Assembly: GCA_902628375.1 (NCBI GenBank)
Contig: CACOMS010000006.1
Location: forward strand, 5,200-69,199
Length of the DNA stretch: 64,000 nt
From: an uncultured SAR86 cluster bacterium
Lineage (GTDB): Bacteria > Pseudomonadota > Gammaproteobacteria > Magnimaribacterales > Magnimaribacteraceae
Direction: 5' to 3'
Positions 18,178-27,203 of this stretch are shown here, in pieces (position 1 is the first letter of the stretch; every line of letters starts with the position of its first letter). A program made the position numbers and the translations under genes. The notes beneath the pieces were generated by a model. The model did no database searches. It saw nothing but the letters and a program-made list of their open reading frames with translations, and was not told where the DNA came from.

Positions 18178-20451
18178 ATGAAAAACTACAAATTAGTACT
18201 CTTAATTTTGAGTACATTTATAACAAACATATTATTAGCTGAAGAAGAAGAGATTATCGTAACCTCTTCTTATATCGATGCTACTTTATCAACCATTGAG
18301 AATCCTCTTCATGTTGTTGATGGAGAAGATGTGACTAACGGATCAACTCAAAGCTTAGGTGAAATAGTAGATGACTTGCTTGGTGTTGCTTCAAGTGATT
18401 TTGGATACGGAGTGGGTCAGCCTGTCATCAGAGGTATGTCTGGAAACAGAGTTAAGATTCTAAGCAATGGTATGTTAATTAGAGACGTTTCAGGGCTTGG
18501 TCCTGATCACGTTAACGAGATTGATCTAACCAATATTCAACAAATAGAAATTGTCAGAGGTCCTTCGTCTTTGCTTTATTCCAATGGAAACATAGGAGGA
18601 ATAATTAATATAGTTGATAACACAATCGCTAGAAAAGACTTCGAAGGAGCAAAGGTATCAGTAGGTCTTGAGTCTCAGTCAGTTAATGATGGAGATGTCT
18701 ATGATTTTTCTTATCAAAACAATATAGGCGGAATTAATCTAAGTCTTTCTTATAAAAATTCTGAGTTTGGAGAGTATGACATTCCTCATGGTGCGGTCAT
18801 TCATAGAGAGGAAGAACATCATGATGAAGATGAGGATCATGATGAAGATGAGCATGATGAGCACGAAGAAGATATGGGCTATTTAGCCAATTCAGATTTT
18901 GAATCCGAATCCAAGAAGATTGGATTATCAAAAACAGGTGATTGGGGTTATTTTGGTATGTCTTCAAGCAAAATTGAAAGTGCATATGGAATACCTTTTC
19001 ATGGAGAAGGTCATGCCGATCATGATGAACATGCGCATGAAGATGAAGATGAAGATGAAGATCACGATGAAGATCATGATGAAGATCACGATGAAGAAGG
19101 ACACGACGATCATGAAGGCGAAAGGATTTTTGCAATGACTGATTCAGATGTTTTCACTCTAGAAGGTTCTTACAATCTTGCAGGGTCATTAGTAAATAAA
19201 ATTGATTATTTCTATAGAGATTCTGACTACATGCTACAAGAGCAGCACGCTGAAGAAGAAGGTCATGAAGAAGAAGGACACGACGATCATCATGATGAAG
19301 GTCCAACTGTGTTTTCTAATGAAGCTAGTGAATATGGCGCAATTTTTCACCTAACTGATGATTCAGTAGTTCAAAAATTTGTTTTCAACATGGCTGATGA
19401 AGATATTTCTATAATTGGTCATGAAGCTTTTATGAACCCAACAGATAATGAAGAAAATTCGTTCGGTTATTATTTGAGCAGTCATAGAGATAATGTCCAT
19501 CTAGATTTTGGAATTAGGCACGATAGAATTTCTCGTTCTGGGTCTCTAAGTCATGATGATCATGATGAACATGCACATGAAGATGAGGATCATGATGAAG
19601 ATGAGCATGATGAAGATGAACATGAAGAAGAAATGGAGTATTTTGATAGAGACTTTAACAATACAAGTATTTCTTTAAGTTTAGGTAGTGAATTAAGTGA
19701 CAATTTAGATTTAAGCTTGGGCTATTCTATAGTTAAAAGAGCACCTTCGGCTGTTGAGTTATTTATGGATGGACCTCATTTAGCGACAGCTAGATTTGAA
19801 GAAGGTGATATTAATTTAGACACCGAAACTTCCAATAACATAGACATTGGTTTGCATTATCGTAATGGAGACTTCTACGGAGAGTTTACGTACTTTAGAA
19901 ATGACGTGGACGACTATATCTATTTAAAGGATGAAACTGAAGAAGAGCATGAGGAGCATGAAGACGAAGAGCACGGTGATCATGAAGGACTAATTCTTGC
20001 TGAGTACATGCAAAGAGATGCTGAACTTAAGGGATATGAACTTGAATTAGGTAGAGTTATTGAATTAGAAAAAGGTAGCTTAACTTTATCTTTCGCTAGA
20101 GATTCAGTAAAAGCCGAGTTTAATGATGGCTCATATGTTCCTAGAATGGTTCCAGCAAGGAATATTTATACAGTCTCTTATGCTGAAGACGATCTAGTTG
20201 CTAAGCTCATTTTCAAAGACGTACAGAAACAGGATGACCTTGCTGAAGGAGAATATGCAACAGATGGTTATCAAATGCTTAATCTTAGACTAGGTAAGAC
20301 TTATAGCTTAAATAATGATAGCGAATTAGATATCAATGTCTTTGCTAATAATGTTTTAGATGAGGCTGCAAGGAATCACAGTTCTTTTGTGAAAGATGAA
20401 GTTCCTTTGCCTGGAAGAAATTACGGTCTTAGTTTTAGACTAAACTTCTAA
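18178..20451 (+). CDS. TonB-dependent outer-membrane receptor with five His/Asp/Glu-rich tracts (ZnuD-like, metal specificity unproven)
   Basis: 757 aa; strong RBS AGGAGG; signal peptide; plug 'VIRGMSGNRVKIL', 'IEIVRGPSS'; C-terminal 'LSFRLNF'; HDE tracts at aa 209-232, 275-315, 357-375, 459-486, 586-604. Confidence 0.9.
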   Translation: MKNYKLVLLILSTFITNILLAEEEEIIVTSSYIDATLSTIENPLHVVDGEDVTNGSTQSLGEIVDDLLGVASSDFGYGVGQPVIRGMSGNRVKILSNGMLIRDVSGLGPDHVNEIDLTNIQQIEIVRGPSSLLYSNGNIGGIINIVDNTIARKDFEGAKVSVGLESQSVNDGDVYDFSYQNNIGGINLSLSYKNSEFGEYDIPHGAVIHREEEHHDEDEDHDEDEHDEHEEDMGYLANSDFESESKKIGLSKTGDWGYFGMSSSKIESAYGIPFHGEGHADHDEHAHEDEDEDEDHDEDHDEDHDEEGHDDHEGERIFAMTDSDVFTLEGSYNLAGSLVNKIDYFYRDSDYMLQEQHAEEEGHEEEGHDDHHDEGPTVFSNEASEYGAIFHLTDDSVVQKFVFNMADEDISIIGHEAFMNPTDNEENSFGYYLSSHRDNVHLDFGIRHDRISRSGSLSHDDHDEHAHEDEDHDEDEHDEDEHEEEMEYFDRDFNNTSISLSLGSELSDNLDLSLGYSIVKRAPSAVELFMDGPHLATARFEEGDINLDTETSNNIDIGLHYRNGDFYGEFTYFRNDVDDYIYLKDETEEEHEEHEDEEHGDHEGLILAEYMQRDAELKGYELELGRVIELEKGSLTLSFARDSVKAEFNDGSYVPRMVPARNIYTVSYAEDDLVAKLIFKDVQKQDDLAEGEYATDGYQMLNLRLGKTYSLNNDSELDINVFANNVLDEAARNHSSFVKDEVPLPGRNYGLSFRLNF
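18824..18860 (+). repeat. 37-nt exact intragenic repeat, copy 1 (encodes part of HDE tract 1)
   Basis: 'atgaagatgaggatcatgatgaagatgagcatgatga' is identical to 19577..19613. Confidence 0.9.
19577..19613 (+). repeat. 37-nt exact intragenic repeat, copy 2 (encodes part of HDE tract 4)
   Basis: Identical to 18824..18860; additionally 19018-19046 and 19558-19586 differ at 1 of 29 nt, and 19093-19113 equals 19270-19290 (21 nt). Confidence 0.9.
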
Positions 20452-20461
20452 TTTCCCCCCC

Positions 20462-20503
20462 AAAAAAAGCTAAGGGCAGTTTAAGTACTGCTCTTAGCTT
20501 TTA
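20462..20503. terminator. Bidirectional rho-independent terminator between convergent genes
   Basis: A-run, stem AGCTAAGGGCAGT / ACTGCTCTTAGCT (one mismatch), 6-nt loop, then T-run; lies between stops at 20451 and 20505. Confidence 0.7.
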
Positions 20504-20504
20504 A

Positions 20505-22328
20505 CTAGAATTCACAACTTTTATTAATTATGGTGAACAGATAATTCTCAGTTTGAGTTCGCCAGTCTCCCCAGCCAGGATCTGTAACAGATATTAAATC
20601 TAAACAAGCTTCGTTATCTGCATTAATTGGAAGGCCTTTCATTAGCTCGTCATTGATATTGCAGCATGGATCTGGACGATTGGGTAATTTATTCTCTTCG
20701 ATAGATACAAAATTACCTAATCCATCATTTAGAGCTATATGAGCACCATGCAGACCACTTTCATAGTCCCTTGTTGAGTGAATAATATCTAAATGCCCAT
20801 CTGAGTTCATATCTCTTAAGTATATATTGCCTTCTCCATGGTGCGAGTTCTCTCTAGGCTGGTAAGAGAAATTACTTAGAGTTTTATCTTCTAATACTCC
20901 ATCGCCTTTATTTATTAAGATCTGTATAAATGCACCTTCGTAATAAGGAATATCTCTGGTTATGGCGACAACGACATCAATCTTTCCATCATTATTTAGA
21001 TCGCCTGAAGCGGCATGATTATATTTATTGTGGTTTATTCCAAAAGGACCTGATGGTAGGTTCAATTTATCCCAGTTTGTAATATCTGGAGAGTTATTAC
21101 TTAATAAAATATAGCCTTCTTCAGGATTTGCAATAAGATCTCTATTATCAAAATTCCAAAATATAAGGTCATCGTATCCATCATTATTTAGGTCGGTCAT
21201 AAGACTGGCCATAGGATTTCCATATCCATTAGAGCTCTGCCAATTAAAATTAATAAATGAGTGCAATGTAAAATTTCCTAGACCGTCATTAATATTCAAA
21301 ATATTGCATGCAAAGATATCTAAATCACCATCTCCATCGGGGTCTCCAGAGCTTGCATCATGGGCAAAATTACAAATTTGACCTTGCCCATTATTGGTAT
21401 CTTCTATTTGGCTAGATTTATTTTCTAGTTTTCCTTCATTATTCGATAGCAATAATAAATGTGGATATGGGTTAATAAAATTTTGTGAATAATCTGGATC
21501 ACGATATTGAATCCCCATAGAGCCTGAAAAAATATCATCTAAGCCATCTCCATTAAAATCTTCAACCAATAGTCTGTATGCAAAAGGATGTTTTGGCGGA
21601 GTTCCATCTTTATAAATTGATAAATCTTCACTAAATCTTCCAGTTCCATCATTGAGATATATGTTTATTGGAGCATTTACTTTCTGTGATGGATCAATAG
21701 TGTGTGGGAATAAAGCCCATGCAACTGCAAAATCTTCAAACCCATCTCCATTAAAGTCTCCGGTTGCCATATTGTGAGCATCTTGACCAAACAACTCATC
21801 GGTAATTGCTTCGCAATCATAAGGAGTAGGGTAGCAAATAATAGCAGTGTATCTATCAGTAATAACAATACCGCCTAATCCGATATCATTTACCTGAAAA
21901 AAGGGAGTTTCTAAGTTTGATGTGTTAGATGGAAAGGCAGAAAATTCAGTTGGATATTTATTTATAACTATTTCTTTGACTAAAGTTTCAGAAGGACAAT
22001 TTGAACTAACTTGTCTGAAATTAAGGCTCAAATTTATTTGTTCTTGGTAAATAATTGGATTTCTAAATTCAAAATGTATTCCATCTGGAGAAGATAAGTG
22101 ATGCAAGTCATCATTCAATATTTCAAAAGAACAACCTGAATAATTAGACTCTATTGATATAGATTGATTCTCATAACTATAAGATTCAAATTTTAGGTCA
22201 TTCACTGAGATGTTTAAGGGGACTGGGTTGGTCTTGTCATTCTCTGAAGACCCTCCTCCTGAACCGCACCCTAAATTAGTGATTAATAAAAAGGATAAAG
22301 TTAAATTCTTTAATTTGAGAGTTTTCAT
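20505..22328 (-). CDS. FG-GAP/VCBS-repeat lipoprotein (beta-propeller, Ca-binding loops)
   Basis: 607 aa; lipobox 'LITNLGCGSGGG'; repeated 'DFNGDGFEDF', 'DFNGDGLDDI', 'DPDGDGDLDIF', 'DLNNDGYDDL', 'DLNNDGKIDV', 'DMNSDGHLDI'. Confidence 0.8.
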   Translation of the reverse strand: MKTLKLKNLTLSFLLITNLGCGSGGGSSENDKTNPVPLNISVNDLKFESYSYENQSISIESNYSGCSFEILNDDLHHLSSPDGIHFEFRNPIIYQEQINLSLNFRQVSSNCPSETLVKEIVINKYPTEFSAFPSNTSNLETPFFQVNDIGLGGIVITDRYTAIICYPTPYDCEAITDELFGQDAHNMATGDFNGDGFEDFAVAWALFPHTIDPSQKVNAPINIYLNDGTGRFSEDLSIYKDGTPPKHPFAYRLLVEDFNGDGLDDIFSGSMGIQYRDPDYSQNFINPYPHLLLLSNNEGKLENKSSQIEDTNNGQGQICNFAHDASSGDPDGDGDLDIFACNILNINDGLGNFTLHSFINFNWQSSNGYGNPMASLMTDLNNDGYDDLIFWNFDNRDLIANPEEGYILLSNNSPDITNWDKLNLPSGPFGINHNKYNHAASGDLNNDGKIDVVVAITRDIPYYEGAFIQILINKGDGVLEDKTLSNFSYQPRENSHHGEGNIYLRDMNSDGHLDIIHSTRDYESGLHGAHIALNDGLGNFVSIEENKLPNRPDPCCNINDELMKGLPINADNEACLDLISVTDPGWGDWRTQTENYLFTIINKSCEF

Positions 22329-22447
22329 GTTCTAGAGCTATTTAAATCTAAATTCTCCTAAATCTAAAGTTTATCCTAAAATAGGAATGTTCTTTTTTTG
22401 AACTTACTCATTTAAACTTAGTCCATTGAATTTATAAGGAAATAAAT

Positions 22448-22906
22448 ATGAAGATATACAACATATTAATTTTAGCTTTTATTTTATCTAGCTGTGCGAA
22501 TAGTTCGCTGCAGCCCGATACTTATTCTAGAGATGCAGTTCAAGAGATGCGTACCGTGCTCTATGGAGAGGTAATCAATATTAAATCAGTCAAGATTGAG
22601 GGAGACCTGAAGAAAGGGTCTTTAGTTGGAGGAGTTGTAGGTGCAGCTGCCGGTTCGGGTGTAAGTGATAATGAATTAGAATCGGGCATAGGTGCAACTC
22701 TCGGAGCAGTTGTAGGCTCAGCAATAGGCTCTTCTATATCAGGACAGATAACTAAAAAGGATGGAATCTTACTAACAATCAATATTCTTGATGAAAATAG
22801 GACAGTATCGGTTGTTCAAGAAGCAGGTGGTTATCAATTTCAGATAGGAAATTTAGTTGAAATTGTTACGATTGATGGGAAAACTCGCGTAACTCCCTCT
22901 TCCTAA
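22448..22906 (+). CDS. Glycine-zipper outer-membrane lipoprotein (SlyB/Pcp-like)
   Basis: 152 aa; lipobox 'ILSSCANS'; 'GGVVGAAAGSGV...GATLGAVVGSAIGSSISG'. Confidence 0.65.
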   Translation: MKIYNILILAFILSSCANSSLQPDTYSRDAVQEMRTVLYGEVINIKSVKIEGDLKKGSLVGGVVGAAAGSGVSDNELESGIGATLGAVVGSAIGSSISGQITKKDGILLTINILDENRTVSVVQEAGGYQFQIGNLVEIVTIDGKTRVTPSS

Positions 22907-22956
22907 GATAGTAAATAAAGAATTTGCCCTAACAGGTTTTACTCTATACTCACTAA

Positions 22957-24171
22957 ATGAGCGATTATAAGGACCCGCCATATGCTTGGGTCATGGTTTT
23001 TTCAGTTTTTATATTAAGTGCCCTCTCTTTTGGCACTTTGGCGTCTATATCTGTTTTTCTAAAACCTCTTACCTTGGAATTTGGATGGTCGAGAGGACAA
23101 ACTTCTTTGGCTTATACGGTTATTTCTTTCTCCTCCGCAGCTTTTGGTATTTTTTGGGGATACATAGCAGATAGGTACGGCACTAGATGGTTCGGTGTTG
23201 TAGCTGCTTTTGTAATGTCTTTATCTTTATTCTTTTTAAGTAAACAGAACGGTATTTATGCCTTTTATGGGTTTTACTTCCTATTTGGAGCATTTGGAAA
23301 TGCGATGGTAACTTCACCACTATTTGCAAATGTTGGCTTCTGGTTCAGAAATAATCCTGGTCTTGCTTTAGGAATAACTGCTTCTGGAGGAGCTATAGGT
23401 CAGGGTTTAATTCCTTACATAACAGGAATAATTATTTCTAATGAAGGATGGAGGGAGGCGTATTTAAGTATGTCGATCCTTTATTTAATCGTTGCCTTAC
23501 CTGTAGCTTTATTAATTAAGGAATCTCCTACTAGAGAAGCTGCAAGAGAAATGAAAGCGCAAGAAAATACTGATTTTCCTCTTTCTGAACGTGAAGCAAT
23601 TACTTGGATCTGTGGTGCAGTTGTTTTCTGTTGCATTTGTATGTCGGTTCCAATTGTCCATTTGGTACCGATGCTAACTGATGAAGAATTCTCATTAGAA
23701 TTTGCAACCAGCGTATTGATGGTCTTGATGTTTTGCGGAGCTTTTGGAAGAGTACTAGGGGGAAAATTAGGAGATGTAATTGGATCATTACCTGCCTACA
23801 TGGTTATGTCTCTTGGTCAGACAATATCAGTCATTTGGTTCCCACATATTTCAAGTGTATTTGGTATTTATCTTTTGGCTGCATTTTTTGGTTTTACTTA
23901 CTCAGGAGTCATGTCTAGTATTCTGGTCTGCACAAGAATGATGGTTACACCCAAATTTGCAGGCAGAGCCAATAGTTTAGGTTCTTTTTTTGGTTGGACT
24001 GGTATGGGGTTAGGAGGGTTCTTTGGCGGTTATTTCTTTGACTTGTATGGGAATTATGATTTTTCCTTTGCTTTCGCAGGAATAATGGGTGTTCTTAATT
24101 TAGCAATACTCATAAGGTTCTTATTACGCATAAATAATAAGCAAAAGGGCTTTTATAGCTTACAAAGATAA
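22957..24171 (+). CDS. MFS transporter
   Basis: 404 aa; about 12 hydrophobic segments; 'GYIADRYGTRW' loop 2-3 motif. Confidence 0.75.
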   Translation: MSDYKDPPYAWVMVFSVFILSALSFGTLASISVFLKPLTLEFGWSRGQTSLAYTVISFSSAAFGIFWGYIADRYGTRWFGVVAAFVMSLSLFFLSKQNGIYAFYGFYFLFGAFGNAMVTSPLFANVGFWFRNNPGLALGITASGGAIGQGLIPYITGIIISNEGWREAYLSMSILYLIVALPVALLIKESPTREAAREMKAQENTDFPLSEREAITWICGAVVFCCICMSVPIVHLVPMLTDEEFSLEFATSVLMVLMFCGAFGRVLGGKLGDVIGSLPAYMVMSLGQTISVIWFPHISSVFGIYLLAAFFGFTYSGVMSSILVCTRMMVTPKFAGRANSLGSFFGWTGMGLGGFFGGYFFDLYGNYDFSFAFAGIMGVLNLAILIRFLLRINNKQKGFYSLQR

Positions 24172-24195
24172 AAGCTTTTAAAATTCAATTTCACA

Positions 24196-24648
24196 ATGAG
24201 TGATTTAGAAAAAGAAAATATAGATTCAGGTATATCTTGGACCTGTCGAAAAACATGGAAACAAAGCTCGATAAATACTTTGTGGTGTTTACTAGGATGC
24301 TCCATAGGAGATTTCGGTACCATTCTTTTTTTTCAAGTTAACCAAATACCTTTCCCAATGCTAGGCATTATGACTCTAGCAATCATAAACGGTTTGATTA
24401 CATCTATTATTCTTGAAACTATTATTCTTTATCGTCAAATGAATCTAAAGGAGGCATTCAATACTGCTATTGGCATGTCATTTCTTTCTATGTTGGCAAT
24501 GGAAATAGCAATGAATACAGTCGATGTTATTTTTGCAGGTGGTATTTTGGTCTGGTGGATTGTGCCTTTCATGTTGCTGGCAGGTTTTTTAACTCCTTTA
24601 CCTTATAATTATTACAGGCTAAAAAAATATGATGAATCTTGCCATTAA
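24196..24648 (+). CDS. Small integral membrane protein (DUF4396-like, tentative)
   Basis: 150 aa; 'LWCLLGCSIGDFGT' then three or four TM segments; family assignment from memory only. Confidence 0.4.
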   Translation: MSDLEKENIDSGISWTCRKTWKQSSINTLWCLLGCSIGDFGTILFFQVNQIPFPMLGIMTLAIINGLITSIILETIILYRQMNLKEAFNTAIGMSFLSMLAMEIAMNTVDVIFAGGILVWWIVPFMLLAGFLTPLPYNYYRLKKYDESCH

Positions 24649-24666
24649 TTTTTTGGATATTTAGTT

Positions 24667-25215
24667 ATGAGTGACCCTTTCGATTTAAAACAATACATAA
24701 GAACAGTAGAAGACTTTCCTATTCCTGGTATTAAATTTAGAGACATAACTAGTTTAATAGAAACCCCTATTGCTTTTGTTAAAACTTGCGAAGAGCTCAA
24801 TAAGATAACTGAAGATTTTAAGGCAACAAAAATAGCCAGTATTGAAAGCAGAGGTTTTATTTTTGCAGGATCCATAGCACATGACCTAGCTCTCCCATTT
24901 ATTTTAGCCAGGAAACCAGGAAAACTTCCAAATGAAACCTATAAAAAAGAGTTTGATTTAGAATATGGAAGCACTTCTATAGAAATTCAAACAAATACCA
25001 CAATAGAAAAAGAAGACAGAATAGCTATTGTTGATGATTTGGTTGCTACAGGAGGAACAGCTATAGCTTGTGCAGAATTATTAACGGAAAACTTTGATAT
25101 CAAAGAAAGCAATATCTTAATTCTGTCTGTGATAGATCTTCCTGATTTAGGTGGAAGTAAACTCATTAAAGATCTGGGATACAACATAGAGACTCTCATA
25201 TCTTATAAAGAATGA
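24667..25215 (+). CDS. apt: Adenine phosphoribosyltransferase
   Basis: 182 aa; 'FPIPGIKFRDITSL', PRPP motif 'IAIVDDLVATGGTA'. Confidence 0.9.
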   Translation: MSDPFDLKQYIRTVEDFPIPGIKFRDITSLIETPIAFVKTCEELNKITEDFKATKIASIESRGFIFAGSIAHDLALPFILARKPGKLPNETYKKEFDLEYGSTSIEIQTNTTIEKEDRIAIVDDLVATGGTAIACAELLTENFDIKESNILILSVIDLPDLGGSKLIKDLGYNIETLISYKE

Positions 25216-25973
25216 GTTTAGGAAAATATCAGATACCCCTAGGTTCGTTGCCACAAAAGGCAAAAGAAACATTAAGTAATGATGTAATTAATTCAGATTT
25301 TTTAGATTTCAGAAATGCTAAGGAAGTTTCTAAAGGAAGCATTTATCAAGATGGAATCTATAGGAATAACAGCAATCAAGTTTTAGTTAAATGCTCGACT
25401 GTCATGAAGGGCGTAACGCCAAAAATGGTAGATTGGTGGTTTGCTTGGCATATGTCTAAAAGCGAAAGATATAAATTATGGCACCCTAGGGATCATATTT
25501 CAGCTGAGCTAAAAGAAGATAGATCTTCTTTCAAGTCAGATAAAGAGAAGTACATAGGAGTAGATTCATATGTAAAGGAGTACATAGGCAAAGAATTAAA
25601 TGAATTATGTATAAGTTTTAGTGAGCCATCTTCTTTTGGTTTTATTGATTTAAATGTTAATGAAGAAACTGCAATTTGTGCCCACGTAAGAGATTTAAAA
25701 AGAGGATTATCCGTTGCCAGCATCAACCATCATGTTGTACAAAAAGAAGAGGGATTTTCACTTATGCACAGCACCTTTTGGTTGGGAATGAACACTAAAT
25801 TTATAAATCCACTATTGGATTTAGTTTTAAAGCCGATAGCTAATTTAAAATTAACAAGAAAATTTCTTATCAGTGATCAATTAGCAAAGAATTTAATGCT
25901 TCATTGCTATGAGGAAATGCATCATTTGTCTGGATTTCTACCTAGCCTTTATAAAGATAAGAATCCCTATTAA
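25212..25973 (+). CDS. Hypothetical protein (possible metal-dependent hydrolase; a DAPG-hydrolase/PhlG-like fold is only a guess)
   Basis: 253 aa; 'MVDWWFAWH', 'YKLWHPRDH', 'HCYEEMHH' His/Glu clusters; ATGA overlap with apt. Confidence 0.3.
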   Translation: MSLGKYQIPLGSLPQKAKETLSNDVINSDFLDFRNAKEVSKGSIYQDGIYRNNSNQVLVKCSTVMKGVTPKMVDWWFAWHMSKSERYKLWHPRDHISAELKEDRSSFKSDKEKYIGVDSYVKEYIGKELNELCISFSEPSSFGFIDLNVNEETAICAHVRDLKRGLSVASINHHVVQKEEGFSLMHSTFWLGMNTKFINPLLDLVLKPIANLKLTRKFLISDQLAKNLMLHCYEEMHHLSGFLPSLYKDKNPY

Positions 25974-25982
25974 GATAGAAGA

Positions 25983-27203
25983 ATGAAAAATACTATCTAC
26001 GATGTTGAGAAATCAGATGAATTACTTCGTAAGGCTAAGGAAGTTATACCTGGAGGAATCTTTGGCCATTACAAATATGCCATAAGAGATTCAGGCCCAA
26101 AGTTCTTTGCTAAGGCTCAAGGGGCTTATTTTTGGGATGTGGATGAAAATAAGTATATAGATTTAATGTGTGCCTATGGACCTTCAATTCTCGGATATAA
26201 CCATCCTGAAGTAGAGGAAGCAGCAAATTCCCAGTCATTTAAAGGAAATACGGTAAGCCTTGCCTCTCCAATCATGGTCGATTTAGCTACAGCCTTAGTA
26301 GATATGGTCGATGCAGCCGATTGGGCTTTATTTGGTAAAAACGGAGGAGATAGCACAAGCTTAGCTGTGATGATTGCTAGAGCAGCGACAGGAAAAGAAA
26401 AAATAGTAAAAATAAATGACGGTTATCATGGCGTTGCTCCTTGGATGCAAGATAAGGATAGTCCTGGAATTATTTCTTCGGATAGCAATCATGTACTAAA
26501 GGTGAACTGGAATGACCTAGATGAGCTTCAGGTATTATTTGAAAAACATGCTAATGAAATAGCATGTTTTATCTCGTCTCCATATGACCATCCTGTATCT
26601 AAAGATAATGAGCTACCAAAAGAAGGCTATTGGGAAGGTGTCTCCAAGTTGTGTAAAAAGCATGACGTGCTCTTAATAATCGATGATGTGAGGGCAGGGT
26701 TTAGGATAAATCTTTCAGGATCAAATGTGGAATATGGATTTAAGCCAGATTTAATTTGTTTTGGTAAAGCAATTGCAAATGGACATGCTCTCTCAGCTTT
26801 AGTAGGTACAAATGAAATTAAAGAGGTAGCAGAGAAAGTCTATTTTACTGGTACTCAATTTTTTAGTGCACCTCCTATGGCAGCAGCTTGTGCAACTTTA
26901 AAGGAATTAAAGAAGGTAGATGCCGCAAACAAAATGACTGAATATGGAAAAAAACTAAATGAAAGTTTAGTTAATGCTGCAGAGCAAAGTGGTTTTGATT
27001 TGATTGCTTCAGGTATTCCCGCAATGCCTTATTACAGGTTAGACGGAGTAGACACTAAGACTCATTTCAAATGGATTGATGAATGTGTCAAAAGAGGTGT
27101 TTATATGGTGGGTTATCATAATCATTTTGTTTCAACCTGCCATTCGGATGAAGATATAGAATCTATAACAGATATAGCAAGACAAGCTTTCTCGGCTTTA
27201 TGA
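25983..27203 (+). CDS. Class III (HemL-like) PLP-dependent aminotransferase, not canonical HemL
   Basis: 406 aa; 'AQGAYFWDVDENKYIDLMCAYGPSILGYNHPEV', 'LIIDDVRAGFR', PLP-lysine context 'CFGKAIANG'; has 'PGGIFGHYKY' where HemL has PGGVNSPVRAF. Confidence 0.75.
   Translation: MKNTIYDVEKSDELLRKAKEVIPGGIFGHYKYAIRDSGPKFFAKAQGAYFWDVDENKYIDLMCAYGPSILGYNHPEVEEAANSQSFKGNTVSLASPIMVDLATALVDMVDAADWALFGKNGGDSTSLAVMIARAATGKEKIVKINDGYHGVAPWMQDKDSPGIISSDSNHVLKVNWNDLDELQVLFEKHANEIACFISSPYDHPVSKDNELPKEGYWEGVSKLCKKHDVLLIIDDVRAGFRINLSGSNVEYGFKPDLICFGKAIANGHALSALVGTNEIKEVAEKVYFTGTQFFSAPPMAAACATLKELKKVDAANKMTEYGKKLNESLVNAAEQSGFDLIASGIPAMPYYRLDGVDTKTHFKWIDECVKRGVYMVGYHNHFVSTCHSDEDIESITDIARQAFSAL

Noticed and set aside
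18797-19138. 112-aa minus-strand ORF and 79-aa alternative-frame ORF inside the receptor gene
   Set aside because: Both lie wholly in the GAT/GAA/CAT triplet-repeat tracts. Low-complexity DNA keeps other frames open. Their translations are repetitive (HLH.., MKMKMK) and lack starts with an RBS.
18800-19640. Repeated short DNA units that could be mistaken for a CRISPR or tandem-repeat array
   Set aside because: The repeats are in frame inside a continuous receptor ORF. They have no constant repeat/spacer periodicity, and no cas genes are present.
20455-20468. C7 followed by A7 homopolymer run after the receptor stop
   Set aside because: It lies in the 3' untranslated spacer adjoining the terminator, not in coding or promoter spacing. 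Phase variation of expression is therefore unlikely.
22343-22368. 10-bp direct repeat TAAATCTAAA twice, 16 bp apart, in the divergent promoter between the FG-GAP and glycine-zipper lipoprotein genes
   Set aside because: The sequence is low-complexity AT-rich, so chance recurrence is likely. No supporting palindrome or conservation can be assessed.
24645-24875. 76-aa minus-strand ORF overlapping the apt start
   Set aside because: It lies opposite the conserved N-terminus of apt. It is a shadow ORF.
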